Shown here piece by piece: positions 9,588 to 19,325 of a DNA stretch of 64,000 nt; position 1 is the stretch's first letter, and each line of letters begins with the position of its first letter. The notes under the pieces were generated by a model, which saw nothing but the letters and a program-made list of their open reading frames with translations, did no database searches and was not told the origin of the DNA. The DNA is taken from IMG/VR virus record IMGVR_UViG_3300030419_004857, positions 32,001 to 96,000 of that record; one strand, 5' to 3'. This DNA comes from a virus. Made by a program: the position numbers and the translations under genes.

Positions 9588-10508
9588 ATGGCCGAAAGAC
9601 TAACAGTAAACTCTACAGATTCAAAAGGAAAAAAGAAGAAGGTAATCATCGTATTACCAAACGCTAAAATTAATAAAGACGCCCAGCTTGCGTATAATAA
9701 ATCATTTAGCGATGCTTTAAAGTCAGGAGCCATTCTTAGACAGAAGCTCGACCAAGTCATGCGAGAGCAGGGAATTTGGAATGATGAAAAGCAAAAAGAA
9801 TACGACCAGATCATGGTCGATATTAATGATAATGAAAAAAAGCTTGCTGGCGGTGGTATCGCTCTTAGCGAGGCCAAAGCGGTTGCTGTTGAAATGAGAG
9901 TTTTGCGCGAGCGATTCAGAGGCTTGATTGCCGAAAGAACCTCCATGGATGGCAATACGGCAGAAGGACAAGCCGACAATGCCCGGTTCAATTACCTAAC
10001 TTACGCCTGTATGCTGGATGAACAAGGGGATCGAATTTTTGATTCCTATGATCATTATGAAGAAACCGTCGAAGAGCCATACGTGGTTGATTCTGCCGCA
10101 GCTTTAGCAGAAAAACTTTATGGTCTAGACCCTTCATACGAGACTAACCTTCCTGAAAATAAGTTTTTACAGGATTATAAATTCGTTGACAAGGATCTGA
10201 GATTTGTTAACGGGGATGGTCATTTGGTTGATTTAGAAGGTAGGTTAATTGATGACGATGGAAGGTTTATAAAGTATGATGATGAAGGCAATAAGGTGTA
10301 TATTGATATAGAAGGAAACGTTGTAGACGAAGAAGGTGAGTATAAGTTAGACTTTTCTCCATTTTTAGATGATTCGGGTGATCCTGTACCCGTTCCTGCT
10401 AAAAAGGAAGAAAAGAAAGAGGAAGAGGTTAAGAGCGAAGAGAAAAAAGAGCAGCCCAAAAAGGGCCGCAAAAAGAAAGTTTCTGCTGAAGTAGAATCCC
10501 AAGAATAG
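9588..10508 (+). CDS. putative tail assembly chaperone with D-x-x-G-R/N-hydrophobic repeats
   Basis: GAGGAGG RBS; directly upstream of the tape measure gene; 7-aa repeats at about 10182-10343; Lys/Glu-rich tail. Confidence 0.55.
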   Translation: MAERLTVNSTDSKGKKKKVIIVLPNAKINKDAQLAYNKSFSDALKSGAILRQKLDQVMREQGIWNDEKQKEYDQIMVDINDNEKKLAGGGIALSEAKAVAVEMRVLRERFRGLIAERTSMDGNTAEGQADNARFNYLTYACMLDEQGDRIFDSYDHYEETVEEPYVVDSAAALAEKLYGLDPSYETNLPENKFLQDYKFVDKDLRFVNGDGHLVDLEGRLIDDDGRFIKYDDEGNKVYIDIEGNVVDEEGEYKLDFSPFLDDSGDPVPVPAKKEEKKEEEVKSEEKKEQPKKGRKKKVSAEVESQE

Positions 10509-10527
10509 TTTAATCATCCTTGGACAG

Positions 10528-10571
10528 TGGGTGTACTGCTTATCTTTATGGTAACGGTGCGCCCATTTTTT
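10528..10571 (+). terminator. intrinsic terminator/attenuator just upstream of the tape measure gene
   Basis: 11-bp stem TGGGTGTACTG / CGGTGCGCCCA with three G-U pairs, an inner TTATC/GGTAA stem, followed by T6. Confidence 0.6.
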
Positions 10572-10586
10572 ATGTGAGGCCAATAA

Positions 10587-13500
10587 ATGTCGTCTAGATT
10601 TGTTTTAACAGCACAGCTAAATCTGCAAGCTCCAGATGTTAGAAGAGTCGTAAGAGAAATACGCAGAGACTTGTCTGGAATTACCGTAGATCTCAGAGTT
10701 AAAAACGTTGACAAGATACGTAGAGACATTGATAAAGCCACCAAGTCCTTAAAAAGGATGGACAAGCAGACTAAAGCTAGTGCTACCGGCTTCGCAAAGC
10801 TAAGCAAGCAAATGGGTCAAGCCATTAAGAATGTTATTAGATATGACATTGCTAGAAGTGTAATTACCGGCTTTACTATGGCTCTTCGTGGAGGGGTACA
10901 AGAGGCTATAAAGTTTGAAAAAGAATTGATCAAGGTTGCTCAGGTTACAGGTAAGGCGACTTCCAATTTATCTGATCTTACAGGTGAAATCACTAAAATT
11001 GCCACCAAGTTTGGTGTATCTTCATCTTCTCTGGTAAAAACGTCTAGAGTATTAGCTCAGACTGGTATGGCTGCTAACGAAGTACAGAAGGCATTAAAAG
11101 CTCTGGCTCTTACCACTATTGCCCCCACCTTCGATGACATTTCCAATACTACAGAAACTACCATTGCGATGATGCGTCAGTTTGGTATTGCCGCCAAAGA
11201 CGTACAAAGAGAACTTGGTAGAATTAATGCAATAGCCGGTCAGTTTGCTGTAGAGTCTGCTGACATTGGTGTGGCCATTAGAAGGGCGGGTGGAGCTTTT
11301 AAATCTGCCGGTGGCCAACTGATGGAATTGGAAGCTCTGTTCACTAGTGTTAGAGCTACGACGCGAGAAACTGCGGAAACCATTGCTACCGGTTTCCGAA
11401 CCATTTTCACCAGAATGCAACGCCCAAAAACCATTAAATTCTTAAGGTCTATGGGTATAGAGCTACAAAACCTTCAAGGCCATTTTATAGGTCCATATCA
11501 AGCCGTTCAGAAACTTCATTATGCTCTTAAAGGTTTAGATCCACGAGACGTTAGATATTCACAGATCGTTGAACAGCTTGGTGGTTTTAGGCAGGTGTCT
11601 AAAGTTATTCCAATGATTCAGCAATTTGAAATGTCACAAAGAGCATTAAACGTGGCTATGGCTGGAGGAGGCTCTCTGGCTAAAGATGCGGCAAAAGCTC
11701 AAGAAGGTCTGGGAATTCAATTCACCAAGGTAAAAGAAGAATTTACCGCCCTGATGCGTGAACTTGCCATGAGTGAAGGTTTTAAGGCAATGGCAAAAAC
11801 TGTCTTGGCTCTAGCATCTGCTCTTATCTCATTAGCCAGCGCGCTTAAACCCGTTATTCCTCTCTTGACAATGCTTATGGTGGGCAAAGGTCTGTCAATG
11901 GGGGTGGGCTTTATGGGCAAGGGGCTGGGCAAGATGAAGGGGATGGCGAGGGGTGGAATAGTTCCCGGCAGGGGTAATGGTGATACTGTTCCCGCTATGT
12001 TAGAACCGGGCGAGTTTGTGTTGAGAAAGTCTGCTGTAAATGCTATTGGCGCTGGCAGGCTTGCTGGAATTAATAGGTATAATCGTGGCGGTAGAGTTAG
12101 GATGGCGGCTGGCGGAACGTTTGGTCCAGTGCAGCAGTTTGACAGCAATTCTGCTAGATCAAACATAATGAGGAAGAAAAGAAGAAATTATAATAAAGAG
12201 CGTGGTAAGGTATTTAAGGCCGGTGAGCACGCCTTTAATCCAGAAGACAATATCTCAATACCTCAATATTCGAAAAAGAGCTTAAACGCAGCGTCACTTC
12301 TGGGTACAATTAAATCAGAAAAAGCGGCCAATATAGCGAGGACATATCTCCGTGGTCCTTTTGGACAAGGCAGAGCATATGAACAACTTCTCCGTGGTGA
12401 ACATCGCACCGGCGCGAGGAAATACATGACACAAGCGCCCGGCACGGGTGGAACTCAGCCTTTTGACGGAATGTCAAGGGATGGTAAGTTTGTAGAAGCT
12501 AAATCTGTACAACGGTTCGACCGCCATGCGATTGGGGATAAGGCTCTTCAACAAGCCCTAAAAGGTTCCAAAAAATCGCAAATGGGCGCAATGACTCAGA
12601 ACAAAGATACGATAGGTATCTGGGGTATGAAAGTTAGGGCATATCAGGACAATCCCAAGTCCAGCCGAGAGGTAATTAAGGAACAATTAGGGATATGGGA
12701 TGCTAACGAGAAGAAGCGGGCTGATGCGGCGGCAAAAAAGAAAGCACTGAGAAAAAGAGGAAAGGGAGCAACAGGGGGTGTAGCTGTAGGAACCGATACT
12801 ATACCCGCGCTATTAACTCCGGGTGAGTTTGTTATAAATAGAAAATCTGCTAAAGCTTTTGGGTATGGAAATCTTGGTAAGCTTAATAAGTATGCAAAGG
12901 GTGGCGTTGTAGGCAGGCAAAGGTTTGCAGGGGGTGGTGAAGCTGCGGGCGGTGGTGGATTTATGAAGATCATGGGTCTTACCATGGCTATTGATATGAT
13001 CGTACAGATGACCACTACGATGGGAGGCGCGTCTGAGAAGACTCAAGAATTTGCAAATAAGTTAACGTCAGTAATTACTGGCATGGGCGTTCTTCTAATG
13101 GCTATCCAAAGTGAAGCGGCAGCTAGGATGGCTGGCCAAGTTAGGGGAATGAATATTCCCGTGGTGAGTTCTGCGATGTCAGGAAAGGGCTTGGGGGGTA
13201 GATTTGGTGCTGGTGGTGGTTGGGCTGGCGGGATTATAGATAAAAAAGCAATGAAAGGACACAAGATTTTCGGCAAAAGTATGTCGAGAGAAGCGTTTGA
13301 TAAAGGAATGGAGGCTCGTAAGCTTGCAAAGGCAGATGTTATGAGAGCAGCGGGATCGCCAATGAAGGGCACTGTCATGCACACTAAGGCTGTTGCGGAT
13401 GCTTCAAAGGCGGGAACGGAGGCGTTTAAAAAGACATCAGGCGCAATTATGAAAACGACTAAGGCCATGCGGGATCTTGCGCTGGTCATGGGTATGGCGG

Positions 13501-16500
13501 GCATGGCAGTAGAGATGTATGGAGATCATATACACGAACAGGGCAAAAAGGCGATAGAGGCGGGGAATTACGAAGAGGGCAGGATGAAGATGGTTAAGGG
13601 TGGGACGGCGGCAGGAGCAGGGATGGGTATGGCTATTGGGTCTATTCTTGGACCCTTTGGCGCTGCTATTGGCGGGCTGGTTGGAGGATTGTATGGATAT
13701 TGGAAGTCGGTTAAAGAATCTGCCGAACTGATTGAAAGGGTGAAATTTGGAGAGCAATTAAAGCATTTCAAAAATGCCCTAAAGGCTGTAACAGAGGGCA
13801 AGGCGTCTCCGATGGCGGCTGCTGCAAGTATTTCTGCTGGAGTTAAAGCACTAAAAGACAGATTTAATACTCTTGCTAATGCTGCTGATGTTGATGAGTT
13901 GCAAGGGGAAATTAAAAATGCCGTGCCAGCACTCCAAGCTTATATAGATAAAGTCGCTGAAAATGTTACAAGTTTCGCACAGCTAGAAAATGTGGTTGGT
14001 AAGGATACTTTTAGAACATTCTCCCAGTTTTCTAAAATCCCCGTAAGCAAGCTGAGAAAACAATACACAGAACAAATTGCCTTGATGCAGAAATCTAAGA
14101 CTGCTCAGGCTAAGATGTTAGCGGTGATGGAACAACAAACCAGAACAATGTTGATGGTTCGTGATGTTACTAATTCTTTTGCTGCGTTAGAAGCGGGCTT
14201 GCTTACTTTTGATACCGCTCTGGATAATTTAAGCCAGTCTATGAACAACAGCTTCACTGTCAGCGCTGGCGGTAGTATGGCTCCAGCGTTTAAGAACTTG
14301 GAGTCTATAGTTGATTTTGCTGGCTTTGGAAAAAGGGTGGACGCTTTAGCTGGTATGATGGAGCCTTTTTCTGGTGGAATGGCAGAACAAGTTAAGTCTG
14401 CTGCGGTAGTAATGAGAGACCTTCCCGCCATCCTCTTAGAGGCTAGTAACGAAATTGGGGTTGCTGGTGCAGATGCCGGAACCATTATTATGGACAAGCT
14501 GGACCAAGCTGACGTTGGCGGTTTTCTTACAGATAGCATGAAGCGTGGCTTATCGGCTCAAATAGAAGCGTTTACCCTTGGAGAGGGTGGCGGTGGTAAA
14601 CTGGCCGATATGATCAAGAAAGATCTTGATGGAGTTATTAAGCGTCTGACCAAGGGCGTTTTGACATCTCTCAAGGCTTTCCAAAAAGCCGCCGAATTCT
14701 TCGACAAAGCTAATGCCAGACTAGCTAAAGCATTCCAGCTAAGAAATCAAATTGACCAAAAGATTTTAAATACTAGAATAAAGCTGGAAAAAGTTGAAGC
14801 TGATCATGCCGCACGTCTAAGGAGGGCTAGAGGACAAAAGGCAGATCCCACAGCCCAAAGAGATATGTTCCAAAGACAACAGGCGGTGAGAGCACAGGCT
14901 GCTGGAGTAGCACCCGGTGGAGGCATGAATGTTCAAGGGCTTTCCCAAGAATTTAATTTGCTAAAAGTTAGGATTCAGGCGAGTAACCAACAGTTGGCAC
15001 AACAGGGGCTTGATCCTGCGCAGTTGGCGGGAACACAGAACCTGCTTGATAGCCAGAAGAAGTTGATTGAGCAAAATGCAAATCTCAAAAAACAATTTGC
15101 TGCCACTAAGGATGCATTAGTAGCGTTTGCTGATACCGCGAGTAGAGTAGCGGAGATAGAAAGAAGTCTTGCCGAAGAGAAGAAGTCAAGAGAAGCAAAG
15201 AGGGGCGTTGTTTCCGAGTTTACCTTTGGTACAGACGAGAACAGAAAGCAGCTAGCCCAGTCATTAAATACTACATTCGCTGCTGCTGCGGCGGGAACTA
15301 TTTCTTATGTTGATGAAAAGATGCGTCCCGCCGTAGGAAAAATCTTAGACAGGTTCAAAGACGTAGAGCTACCGGGGCTTGGCGGTAAGACTGGCGGCGA
15401 AGTTAAAAAGGAAATGGAGATTGATTATCTGGAGAGCGTGTTTGGACCGCTTACCGCCGCTCAGAAAAAGCAGATTTTTGAGAGAACCACAGCAGAAGAA
15501 CAACTTATTAAGGAAATGCAGAAAGTTCAAAAGGACGCTTTAGATGCCCAAAAGGCTCTCCTACAAGGCTTAAAGGATGATAGACGCCAAGCTAATCAAG
15601 AAATTACACAGCTTCATGAAAATTTGGTTAACGGGCTAGAAAGAGTTCTTACCGAGCAAAACAAAAGACAGATGCAAAGAGAGTTAGGGCAAGAGAAAAG
15701 CACTAAACAGTCTGCTGATAAGACTCTTGCTGTTTTAACTAAGCTTCAGGCAGATATTGGTGGTGCTGGAGTTGCTGATCTTTCTACTGGTCAGGGCATG
15801 GAGCAATTTAGGAATATGATGCCTGCTATGGTGAAGGCGCAAGAAGCGCAAGCGGAACAGGCAAGAATTGCGGCCAGTGGTGTTCAAGCGGTTTATGAAA
15901 GTGCTCGTAAGGATACATCTATGACCAGTACTGGTTTTGAAGATGTGTTTGCACCGATGGGGCGTGGGGCGGGCATGGGTATCGATTGGGATATGAAAGA
16001 TCTTTCCCATGCTCAGGACTTGATGGAATCTTATATTAGGGATAATGTTAAGGATCAAGAGATTGCAGACGCAATGATCATGGATGGTAAGAATAAGATG
16101 GCGGAAGCGTTTAAAGCGGGTATGGATATTGATGATGCAGGCGTAGTATTAGAGGGTGTTTTTGCTAGCGTTGCCAAAGGACAGATGGATCAGCATCAGA
16201 AGACCATAGACGCTGCTCATCAACTGGCAAAAGCCCAAAATCTAACAACCGTTCAGTTTAACAATCTTGTAACTCACGCCAGTCAATTCTCAACGGTCCT
16301 AAAAAATATTCCAAGCGGAGCCAATATAAAGGACTTGTCTGATGCTTCTCAGACTGCGGCTGGAAACATTCAACAGCTAGATACCAACATTCAGGGCGCA
16401 AACGCAAGATTAGGCCAACTTGGCCAACCCGGCGTTGGTGGACGGGTTCAGACTCTAGCGGTGGGCGGTGTGGCCTTTTCTCCTAAAGGAACTGACACAG

Positions 16501-19313
16501 TACCGGCCATGTTAACCCCCGGTGAGTTCGTAGTTAATAGAAAATCTGCCCAAGCTAATATGGGGACTTTAAAAGCTATTAATGCTGGATATTATTCGGG
16601 TGGTGGCGAGGTGCAGTTGCAAATTCCACATCAAATGAGATACTTCGATTCCACTAAAGATCTTACGGAAAAATCTATTTCTTCATGGAATCCTGCCGAA
16701 CATATAAATAAACCCATGCTGGCTCTCTATAAGACACTTTCTGAAGCAAAACAAGGCATGAAAAGTGTTCCATTTTGGCTTAATGATCCCAAGGCGATGG
16801 ATTGGACTCCGGGGGATACACCTACTGAGGGCATTAATGCAATCATAGGTCATATGATGGGGACGGGTGGTCTGAAAAATCTGCCTTCTGAGGAGTTTAA
16901 ACACGCATATATGCAGTGGATAAAGGGGGGGATGCCCGGAAGCGAAAAAGGAGTAGAAGGTGTAATGCTCGGTGGAAATGATCCGAGTTGGTGGAATTAC
17001 AACAAAGAGAGCGGAGCGGTTTGGACGGATGTAAAAGGTCTGCAACGGGACATGCTCGGAGATTCGCATGCACTTTCTGGCAAATGGTTGGAAGCGAGTA
17101 AAGGATTTGGGGTTGGTACTACCCAAATAGTCTCAGGGAGCGTTTCCGGCGGCGTCGGGGGTCGTGGTCATGGTGGGGACACGACCACAGTGTCGACCCA
17201 CGTGATTCGCCGTCGTCCCGGCCAACAGATACCGGGATTGTGGGCGCAGATGAGACTAAATAATGGAGCCAAGATATTCAAGTTGAGCGAAATAGCAAAA
17301 TCAGGAATAAAAGCTGATATGCATAAGTATTCTGATGGTATCTGGAATATTGGCCCCAATATACAAGGACAAAGCACCCAATATACATCCTTGAAGAAGA
17401 GTACGGGTCTACACAACAGTGGCAGGCAGATGGAGGTTGATGGGCCTAATGGAACCTTAAGTCAGGTCTTCGACTGGGGCGCATTTTTAAAATCTTCTTC
17501 AGAAGGGAAAGCGTTTGTAGACAGATATCAACAGTTTGCGAATGATAAGGCAAACTATGTGGGAACCTTAGCGGCTAATTGGCTGGCTGGAAAAAAGGAA
17601 GAAGCCGTGGTGGCTGCTAGTGATCCCAAGTTAGCAAGGGAATTGATACAGGGTCTTTATACTCATATTGATCAGGCGGGGATTGGGAGGGACTTTTCGG
17701 GTCTTAGTGGTGAAATAGACATGGCGAATCTTCCAATTGGCGGCAGAAGGCAGCTAGGTGGGATTGGATCGAGCACATTGAGACTGCCCGATGTCTTAAG
17801 GTGGGCTTTTAACGATACGATATTTGGTGAGAGAGGCATTTTAGCCAAGATGATGCTAGATTCGGACTCGTGGATCAAAAAAGCAAAGAATGATCACGGC
17901 GTTGCCTCTGCCGCGCTTAAACAAATGTATAACCACGAAACTCCCCATCACTTTATTGGACACATATTTGATCAATATGGTTTTTCAGATATAGGAAAAA
18001 GTGTAGAAGAAAAAAGAGCTACAGATAAACAGGCGAAAAAGCAAGACTTTGACGATGCGACCGCAGCGCGAATATCCGATGCTAATATAGCAATCTATGG
18101 CGCTAATGAGGTGGGAAAGGCTTTCATTAAAAAAGCGTTTGGAGACTCAGCATTTAGAAGAATGAGACTGCCGGGTTACGCAAGAACGAACTTGGAACTC
18201 AATAACCGACAAGGAACATTACAGAGCGCACTTGCTAAGCGTGGATTTTGGAATAAGGGTAAACCGGCAGGAGGTGATGCGTCCCCAGCATGGTTCACAG
18301 GAGCCATATTCCCCACTATCATGAACTGGATTGACATTTTAGATAAGACCCAGCAACGTTGGGGAATAATTTCGGCTTCTGATGGTAAATCCTCTTTCGA
18401 ATGGGACGAAGCTAGGGTTTTGGCTAAGATAGAAGAAGAGCGTTTGGAAAATCCGAAGGCTGCTGGGGGTAAGGGTAGCATGTTTAGTGCGGTGAATGGC
18501 TTTATAAGAATGATCACGCCAAGCATGAGTCCATTCGATAAAAAACATCCATTTCAACAAGGGGGCATCTCAGGCAGTATGAAAACCGGTGGGGCGGCGG
18601 AAGAAGCATTTACTAGAGCCATTTTTAGCGGAGCCGCAGGATATTATCAAGCCGTTGCTGCCGCATCAGAAGCTTTGACAAAGACGGTTGACGAAACATA
18701 TCAGTTGACTCCAGAAGGATTAATGAAACAACAAAAGAAGAAGGCCGCGCCAACAAAACCGACTCGACCGAAAAATGTTCTTGGGATGGCTCAAGGAGGA
18801 GCGGTTAGCTCCGCGATGTTCGTTCCTCAAGGCACTGATACCGTTCCCGCCATGTTAACTCCCGGCGAATATGTAATAAGAAAATCCTCTGTGGATGCTT
18901 TGGGGGTTGAGTTCCTAGATTATCTGAATAACTCCAGTCAGAAATCTACCGGAAGAAAATATAGCAGGGGTGGTCAAGTTCAATATCTACAGGAGGGGGG
19001 TGAAAAGACTGCTGGAGGCGCCAAGCTTGATAGTAGTGCTTTTGATGCAAGTGTAAAACACTTTTCTACTATTGTAGACAAACTTAGTAACATAACTTTG
19101 GGCGGATCACTAACGGTTGATGGTACAGTTAATGTGAATGTTAATCTCAATGGTCATGAAGTTCTTGCGGAAGCCAAATCAGAACTTGGTCGAGCGGCTG
19201 GTGATAAGATCGATGGAGGAATCATTTCCATGCTAAAGGCTCACTTCCCTAAGATTCATCCGAAATTATCATACAGTAGTCCAGAAGGTCCGTCGCATCC
19301 GGGGCCACCATAG
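10587..19313 (+). CDS. tail tape measure protein (2908 aa) with embedded cargo regions
   Basis: TP901/PhageMin_Tail-like core (FEKELIKVAQVTG...LAQTG...AIRRAG...TRETAETIATGFRTIFTR), hydrophobic and glycine-zipper segments, long coiled coils, four G.DT(V/I)PA(M/L)L.PGE(F/Y)V motifs. Confidence 0.9.
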   Translation: MSSRFVLTAQLNLQAPDVRRVVREIRRDLSGITVDLRVKNVDKIRRDIDKATKSLKRMDKQTKASATGFAKLSKQMGQAIKNVIRYDIARSVITGFTMALRGGVQEAIKFEKELIKVAQVTGKATSNLSDLTGEITKIATKFGVSSSSLVKTSRVLAQTGMAANEVQKALKALALTTIAPTFDDISNTTETTIAMMRQFGIAAKDVQRELGRINAIAGQFAVESADIGVAIRRAGGAFKSAGGQLMELEALFTSVRATTRETAETIATGFRTIFTRMQRPKTIKFLRSMGIELQNLQGHFIGPYQAVQKLHYALKGLDPRDVRYSQIVEQLGGFRQVSKVIPMIQQFEMSQRALNVAMAGGGSLAKDAAKAQEGLGIQFTKVKEEFTALMRELAMSEGFKAMAKTVLALASALISLASALKPVIPLLTMLMVGKGLSMGVGFMGKGLGKMKGMARGGIVPGRGNGDTVPAMLEPGEFVLRKSAVNAIGAGRLAGINRYNRGGRVRMAAGGTFGPVQQFDSNSARSNIMRKKRRNYNKERGKVFKAGEHAFNPEDNISIPQYSKKSLNAASLLGTIKSEKAANIARTYLRGPFGQGRAYEQLLRGEHRTGARKYMTQAPGTGGTQPFDGMSRDGKFVEAKSVQRFDRHAIGDKALQQALKGSKKSQMGAMTQNKDTIGIWGMKVRAYQDNPKSSREVIKEQLGIWDANEKKRADAAAKKKALRKRGKGATGGVAVGTDTIPALLTPGEFVINRKSAKAFGYGNLGKLNKYAKGGVVGRQRFAGGGEAAGGGGFMKIMGLTMAIDMIVQMTTTMGGASEKTQEFANKLTSVITGMGVLLMAIQSEAAARMAGQVRGMNIPVVSSAMSGKGLGGRFGAGGGWAGGIIDKKAMKGHKIFGKSMSREAFDKGMEARKLAKADVMRAAGSPMKGTVMHTKAVADASKAGTEAFKKTSGAIMKTTKAMRDLALVMGMAGMAVEMYGDHIHEQGKKAIEAGNYEEGRMKMVKGGTAAGAGMGMAIGSILGPFGAAIGGLVGGLYGYWKSVKESAELIERVKFGEQLKHFKNALKAVTEGKASPMAAAASISAGVKALKDRFNTLANAADVDELQGEIKNAVPALQAYIDKVAENVTSFAQLENVVGKDTFRTFSQFSKIPVSKLRKQYTEQIALMQKSKTAQAKMLAVMEQQTRTMLMVRDVTNSFAALEAGLLTFDTALDNLSQSMNNSFTVSAGGSMAPAFKNLESIVDFAGFGKRVDALAGMMEPFSGGMAEQVKSAAVVMRDLPAILLEASNEIGVAGADAGTIIMDKLDQADVGGFLTDSMKRGLSAQIEAFTLGEGGGGKLADMIKKDLDGVIKRLTKGVLTSLKAFQKAAEFFDKANARLAKAFQLRNQIDQKILNTRIKLEKVEADHAARLRRARGQKADPTAQRDMFQRQQAVRAQAAGVAPGGGMNVQGLSQEFNLLKVRIQASNQQLAQQGLDPAQLAGTQNLLDSQKKLIEQNANLKKQFAATKDALVAFADTASRVAEIERSLAEEKKSREAKRGVVSEFTFGTDENRKQLAQSLNTTFAAAAAGTISYVDEKMRPAVGKILDRFKDVELPGLGGKTGGEVKKEMEIDYLESVFGPLTAAQKKQIFERTTAEEQLIKEMQKVQKDALDAQKALLQGLKDDRRQANQEITQLHENLVNGLERVLTEQNKRQMQRELGQEKSTKQSADKTLAVLTKLQADIGGAGVADLSTGQGMEQFRNMMPAMVKAQEAQAEQARIAASGVQAVYESARKDTSMTSTGFEDVFAPMGRGAGMGIDWDMKDLSHAQDLMESYIRDNVKDQEIADAMIMDGKNKMAEAFKAGMDIDDAGVVLEGVFASVAKGQMDQHQKTIDAAHQLAKAQNLTTVQFNNLVTHASQFSTVLKNIPSGANIKDLSDASQTAAGNIQQLDTNIQGANARLGQLGQPGVGGRVQTLAVGGVAFSPKGTDTVPAMLTPGEFVVNRKSAQANMGTLKAINAGYYSGGGEVQLQIPHQMRYFDSTKDLTEKSISSWNPAEHINKPMLALYKTLSEAKQGMKSVPFWLNDPKAMDWTPGDTPTEGINAIIGHMMGTGGLKNLPSEEFKHAYMQWIKGGMPGSEKGVEGVMLGGNDPSWWNYNKESGAVWTDVKGLQRDMLGDSHALSGKWLEASKGFGVGTTQIVSGSVSGGVGGRGHGGDTTTVSTHVIRRRPGQQIPGLWAQMRLNNGAKIFKLSEIAKSGIKADMHKYSDGIWNIGPNIQGQSTQYTSLKKSTGLHNSGRQMEVDGPNGTLSQVFDWGAFLKSSSEGKAFVDRYQQFANDKANYVGTLAANWLAGKKEEAVVAASDPKLARELIQGLYTHIDQAGIGRDFSGLSGEIDMANLPIGGRRQLGGIGSSTLRLPDVLRWAFNDTIFGERGILAKMMLDSDSWIKKAKNDHGVASAALKQMYNHETPHHFIGHIFDQYGFSDIGKSVEEKRATDKQAKKQDFDDATAARISDANIAIYGANEVGKAFIKKAFGDSAFRRMRLPGYARTNLELNNRQGTLQSALAKRGFWNKGKPAGGDASPAWFTGAIFPTIMNWIDILDKTQQRWGIISASDGKSSFEWDEARVLAKIEEERLENPKAAGGKGSMFSAVNGFIRMITPSMSPFDKKHPFQQGGISGSMKTGGAAEEAFTRAIFSGAAGYYQAVAAASEALTKTVDETYQLTPEGLMKQQKKKAAPTKPTRPKNVLGMAQGGAVSSAMFVPQGTDTVPAMLTPGEYVIRKSSVDALGVEFLDYLNNSSQKSTGRKYSRGGQVQYLQEGGEKTAGGAKLDSSAFDASVKHFSTIVDKLSNITLGGSLTVDGTVNVNVNLNGHEVLAEAKSELGRAAGDKIDGGIISMLKAHFPKIHPKLSYSSPEGPSHPGPP
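11943..18975 (+). repeat. four dispersed ~45-60-aa GG..G.DTVPAMLTPGEFV..RKS repeats in the tape measure protein
   Basis: Copies at about 11943-12092, 12765-12905, 16455-16605 and 18786-18975. Confidence 0.9.
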
Positions 19314-19325
19314 TAGGAATAGGAT

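Noticed and set aside
10400-10508. Programmed -1 frameshift in the A-rich end of the pre-tape-measure gene
   Set aside because: The A-runs are not phased as X XXY YYZ in the reading frame, and only ~80 nt containing a hairpin remain before the next gene.
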